A DNA stretch of 64,000 nt from Spirochaetia bacterium (GTDB lineage Bacteria; Spirochaetota; Spirochaetia; UBA9216). This document shows, piece by piece, positions 60,320 to 64,000 of this stretch. Each line of letters opens with the position of its first letter. Within the stretch, counting starts at the first letter, position 1. The notes under the pieces are model-generated. The model was not told the origin of the DNA. It did not search any database and was given only the letters and a program-made list of their open reading frames with translations. Location: assembly GCA_963677925.2 (NCBI GenBank), contig CAXXYH010000003.1:32001-96000 (forward strand), given 5' to 3'. The position numbers and the translations under genes were made by a program.

Positions 60320-60945
60320 AGTTTCTCTTCATCTTTTATCTTCTCTACAATCAAGTCGAAATCTTCTTGCGTATTACTAAGTAATAATTTAGCAATTTCA
60401 GTATTTTTCATTTCCAAATATTCTTGCACTTCATTAAACTGCTGAGAATTATTCCCCATAGACCAGGCCGCAGAAACACGAGTGTAAAATAAATTCTTCT
60501 CAAAATCTTTTAAAGAAGAACCATCAATAATTTTATATAATATTTTTAAATATTTAACATCACCATATGCAAAATATGATGCCCAAATCATATCATTCAA
60601 CTCTGGGCTGTAATTTTCTTTAACATAATAATCGTCTATATTAGTTCTTGAAATTGTATTAAAATAGCCTTTTACTTTTTCATTTGCTTTTTCATCAATT
60701 ACAGCCATAATATCTTTCTTAATATTGTCATCTTCGAATAAAGTTGAATAAAAAGCCAAATATATATTTGTTAATTCTGGGCTTAACTCATCCACATCTT
60801 GAAAATAATCTATTGTGATATCAACAATTTCATTTGTTCTATTTTGAAAAAAGTGCATTATATATATCGTAAAATCTTCTGAACTAATTGAAAATAGATT
60901 AGAAGCTGTTAGTAACAATGTAATTATTAATAATATCTTTTTCAC
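60316..60945 (-). CDS. Secreted helical hypothetical protein
   Basis: Signal peptide MKKILLIITLLLTASNLFS; NDMIWASYFAYGD; 4-bp overlap with the next gene. Confidence 0.7.
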   Translation of the reverse strand: MKKILLIITLLLTASNLFSISSEDFTIYIMHFFQNRTNEIVDITIDYFQDVDELSPELTNIYLAFYSTLFEDDNIKKDIMAVIDEKANEKVKGYFNTISRTNIDDYYVKENYSPELNDMIWASYFAYGDVKYLKILYKIIDGSSLKDFEKNLFYTRVSAAWSMGNNSQQFNEVQEYLEMKNTEIAKLLLSNTQEDFDLIVEKIKDEEKL

Positions 60946-61084
60946 CTTTCATCTACTCCTTGACTCATTTTTTTTAAATCTTCATAGCCCGTCGGCCGGA
61001 GGTCCGGGCTATTTCTTTGGTCTTATTTTACACCCACCTGCGAATATATTCTAATACTTTTAGCTATATCTAAATTCGTGCATA

Positions 61085-61217
61085 TAACGACGATTTGAGT
61101 AGCGAAACCGGCCGAGTCTTCGAGGCTTGGCGCAGTTCTGGAACGTAGCGCGATCAGCGCGGAGTGTCTTTAGCCAGAACTGTGACAAAGGTTTTGACTA
61201 CTCCAAATCTCTTGTTA
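61085..61217 (-). repeat. attC (main family)
   Basis: Consensus copy. Confidence 0.93.
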
Positions 61218-61228
61218 TAAAGCAATCT

Positions 61229-62290
61229 TCATATTTCTAAATATTTTAAAATAATCTCACATCTTTGTAGTATAGATAGCGCATCATTAGTGCCTTGTTG
61301 TGTCATATTAAAATAATCATATAATTCATAATTAGCTTTATCGAATTCATTTTCTGCAATTTCTCTATTATCCTGAACTTTATCAACAAATTCTTCAAAA
61401 TGCTTTCTACTTATTTTTGTAACCAAATTCCTTTTAATTAACTCATCAAATACTAGATAGAAAACAACCATATTACCTTGTGCTGATAACAATTTATCAT
61501 TATCAATAAAAATATTAGTCATTACATCTAATTTTCGAATTACTTCTTTTGTCAATTCATTAACAAATTTTTTATTTCCACTTTTATATCTTTTAGTTAT
61601 ATCGTCTAAGAAAACTTTCTTTGTATCAATCAATTTTTCATTTTTACTCAATTTCTCTTGAGTTAATAATAATCTACAAGCGATTTCTCTATGTTGATAT
61701 CTTTTGTTAGTAAATTTAACTTTTTCTTTAAAAAACTTATGATTAGCTACTTTTCTTATTGATACAACAAAATCTCCACCTAAGGCGTTTCGTTTCTCAG
61801 CTGAATTTAGTGGAGCAGCTTCATTTAGCCTAGAAAACATTTCTTCTATTAAATCTATCTCATCTGTTCTTACTAAAACAATAGGTAAAACAAATGAATC
61901 GAATATAATTTTTATCTTTGGATATTTTTTTGAAATATCATTATAACTCATTCCACTTAAATTTATTTCCTTATTTTTTAAGTATTCGAAATTTTTATCC
62001 AAGGTAAATTTATTTTCAATAAAATCCCAAATTGTTTCTAATCTTTGTTTGCCATCTATTACAGAGTAAGAAAACCCAGATTTCAATTTTTCATCTTGTT
62101 CATAAACATGAAAATATAGTTTAGGTATATCATATTCATTAATTATTGAATCAATTAACAATTTCTTTTTATCTTCTGTCCAAATCTGACTATTTCTTTG
62201 ATAGTCAGGATCTAACACAAGTTCATCTTTTTCTGAATAAATTCGTAAAATTGCGCTATTTGTTAACTCATAAGTATCAATGAAACTCAT
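61229..62290 (-). CDS. DUF262 (ParB/Srx-fold, GmrS-like) protein
   Basis: PDYQRN..W..LIDSI..VIDGKQRL..FSRLN motifs. Confidence 0.88.
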   Translation of the reverse strand: MSFIDTYELTNSAILRIYSEKDELVLDPDYQRNSQIWTEDKKKLLIDSIINEYDIPKLYFHVYEQDEKLKSGFSYSVIDGKQRLETIWDFIENKFTLDKNFEYLKNKEINLSGMSYNDISKKYPKIKIIFDSFVLPIVLVRTDEIDLIEEMFSRLNEAAPLNSAEKRNALGGDFVVSIRKVANHKFFKEKVKFTNKRYQHREIACRLLLTQEKLSKNEKLIDTKKVFLDDITKRYKSGNKKFVNELTKEVIRKLDVMTNIFIDNDKLLSAQGNMVVFYLVFDELIKRNLVTKISRKHFEEFVDKVQDNREIAENEFDKANYELYDYFNMTQQGTNDALSILQRCEIILKYLEI

Positions 62291-63015
62291 TTCAAATCCC
62301 CTTTGATTATTTCGCCAATACTTGACAATTCCGGAAATAATTGGAATTTTGTAATTCCAAGATATCTTAATTCTTCAATTAAATCGTTCTTAGTATTTGA
62401 TGCTATTATATACTTTTTAATATGACTTTTATCACCTATCTCTTCAATTGGTGTTTTATTACGATGACTTATTGTGAAAACACCTAATTGAGCTTGAATC
62501 CTATCATTATTCCTTGTAGCTATTGAAGCCATTGGTAATAATTTACTCGTCGTTTCTTGTTGAAGACTTTCAACTGAATAATTCTTTAGATAATCCGATT
62601 CAAATGATGGTATAAAATTCTTCTCTTTTGAGTCTATTCCGGCATTAATATTTAATTGTGTTGGTTTCAATACCCATAAAGCAGCATCCTTTTTCTTATG
62701 CTTTGATTCATTAATAGCAAAATATAATGCTACTAAAGCACTTTCCGACCAATCTAGTAAACGAGTAGGAACACCATAATGCTGCATTAAAAACAGCCAA
62801 TCGAAACTTTCCTTTGGTTTGTCTGATAATAACATCATGGCATTTTGTTTAAACCGCACAAGTAAACTATTTTCTGAAGGAGCTTTTGACAACCTCAAAT
62901 AATTTGGTAATAGTGGCCAAGTTTCATTTGCTTGTCCCCTAAACCATAATGGACCATTGTAATCAATATAATCTCTCTTTAATGTACTAACGAGATCTCC
63001 AATACTGTTTATCAT
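62287..63015 (-). CDS. FRG domain protein
   Basis: WFRGQ, MQHYGVPTRLLDWS and RIQAQLGVF motifs. Confidence 0.9.
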   Translation of the reverse strand: MINSIGDLVSTLKRDYIDYNGPLWFRGQANETWPLLPNYLRLSKAPSENSLLVRFKQNAMMLLSDKPKESFDWLFLMQHYGVPTRLLDWSESALVALYFAINESKHKKKDAALWVLKPTQLNINAGIDSKEKNFIPSFESDYLKNYSVESLQQETTSKLLPMASIATRNNDRIQAQLGVFTISHRNKTPIEEIGDKSHIKKYIIASNTKNDLIEELRYLGITKFQLFPELSSIGEIIKGDLK

Positions 63016-63099
63016 TCATTTCTCCATCAATAGAGCATTTTTATTATTAAACCACCAAAACTATATTATAACAATTATTTATTCATTTTTTTGTCTTTA

Positions 63100-63232
63100 T
63101 AACGACGATTTGAGTAGCAAAACCGGCCGAGTCTTCGAGGCTTGGCGCAGTTCTGGAACGCAGCGCGATCAGCGCGGAGTGTCTTTAGCCAGAACTGTGA
63201 CAAAGGTTTTGACTACTCCAAATCTCTTGTTA
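63100..63232 (-). repeat. attC (main family)
   Basis: Near-consensus copy. Confidence 0.93.
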
Positions 63233-63239
63233 TGTACAT

Positions 63240-63911
63240 TTAATCTATGAATATACTTGTTACAAAATGGTTTAAGCTACTCATAATATCAAAGTAATTT
63301 ACTAAATTGATTTTTTTCTCTTTTTGACTTTTATAATAATCTCTCTTAATATCTCCAGTTCCTTGTTCATCATGCATTTTATTAGATAATATTGTTAATT
63401 CAGTATCATAGAATTCATGTGTATGCGGACCGTATTCTAAGAAATGTATATTGGTCTCATCAAACACCTCGAAAAGTGGTTCCCCTTTTAGTACCGATTT
63501 AGGTAATTGATATATCAAATTTGAAGATTTTCCAAATTTCTCACAATGCTTAACATGATAATAATAAATTAAACCATCGCTAATTTGTTTAGAACCAATT
63601 GTATTTACATGTAATAATTTACTTTTATCATATTTTGATATTCTGACTTCGTCATTGAAAGTTAATTCTTTTCTATCATTTTCTTCATTTGTATTAGGTA
63701 TTAATACTGCTCCGTTAAAAGGATATGAACTTACATCAAAGCTATATAATTCTTTTGGATGTTCAATGTATTTATCCCTAAAAAAAAGAGCATTTTCAAT
63801 AATTTTTGAAAAATTTAATATCTTATTTAATATTTCATCATTATATTCACTTTTCTTTATTGATTCATAGAAACTATGAAAACTCTTAAATCTTAAATTA
63901 TTTTTATTCAT
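63240..63911 (-). CDS. Hypothetical cassette protein
   Basis: 223-aa ORF ending 7 bp before an attC. Confidence 0.65.
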   Translation of the reverse strand: MNKNNLRFKSFHSFYESIKKSEYNDEILNKILNFSKIIENALFFRDKYIEHPKELYSFDVSSYPFNGAVLIPNTNEENDRKELTFNDEVRISKYDKSKLLHVNTIGSKQISDGLIYYYHVKHCEKFGKSSNLIYQLPKSVLKGEPLFEVFDETNIHFLEYGPHTHEFYDTELTILSNKMHDEQGTGDIKRDYYKSQKEKKINLVNYFDIMSSLNHFVTSIFID

Positions 63912-64000
63912 ATATATCTTTGAAAAATATATTGTTATTTCATTTAGAAATGTTTTAAAATTTGATAGAAAAATTAATATAGCATCAATAAATAGTTCCT

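Larger units (their letters stand above)
19617..64000 (-). mobile_element. Integron gene-cassette array (no intI in window), interrupted by the 29542-51485 element
   Basis: Co-oriented minus-strand ORFs separated by palindromic attC repeats. On the minus strand they read TAAC-AAGAG-ATTTGGAG...CTCAAAT-CGTC-GTTA, with an extra G in L''. The two ends of each cassette are mutually complementary. Confidence 0.93.

Noticed and set aside
19617-63232. Repeats as a CRISPR array or REP/MITE family
   Set aside because: Units are about 130 bp, occur once per gene boundary, have R/L box architecture, and no cas or transposase genes are present.

Overview
AT-rich bacterial DNA, probably from a spirochaete (inferred from the LruC-type protein and the integrase and attC style; not verified). 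The window has three zones. (1) About 1-17.5 kb is ordinary chromosomal DNA: surface and membrane proteins, an ABC-F ATPase with an attenuator-like leader, an HD-GYP protein, a histidine kinase and others. (2) About 17.8-29.5 kb and 51.5-64 kb form one integron gene-cassette array, with all cassette genes on the minus strand. It has 16 near-full-length attC sites (112-141 bp) plus remnants. Cargo includes two YefM-YoeB toxin-antitoxin pairs and many defence-like genes (PD-(D/E)xK nucleases, DUF2971, TPR-DUF2971, PIN, RloC-like, HEPN-like, FRG plus DUF262). No IntI gene lies in the window, and the array erodes toward the left. (3) A 21,932-bp integrative element with a non-IntI tyrosine integrase and an excisionase has inserted inside one attC site, duplicating TAACGACGATTT (29542-29553 and 51474-51485). 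It carries defence cargo: an AEP-primase/SF2 helicase, an Avs-like STAND nuclease, and a type I R-M module that is itself flanked by a 13-bp direct repeat. It also has a Frpo-like ssDNA promoter hairpin and a 600-bp hairpin-rich oriT/sso candidate. The most notable feature is this apparent attC-targeting, probably mobilisable defence island. All family calls come from motif recognition by eye; no database searches were run.
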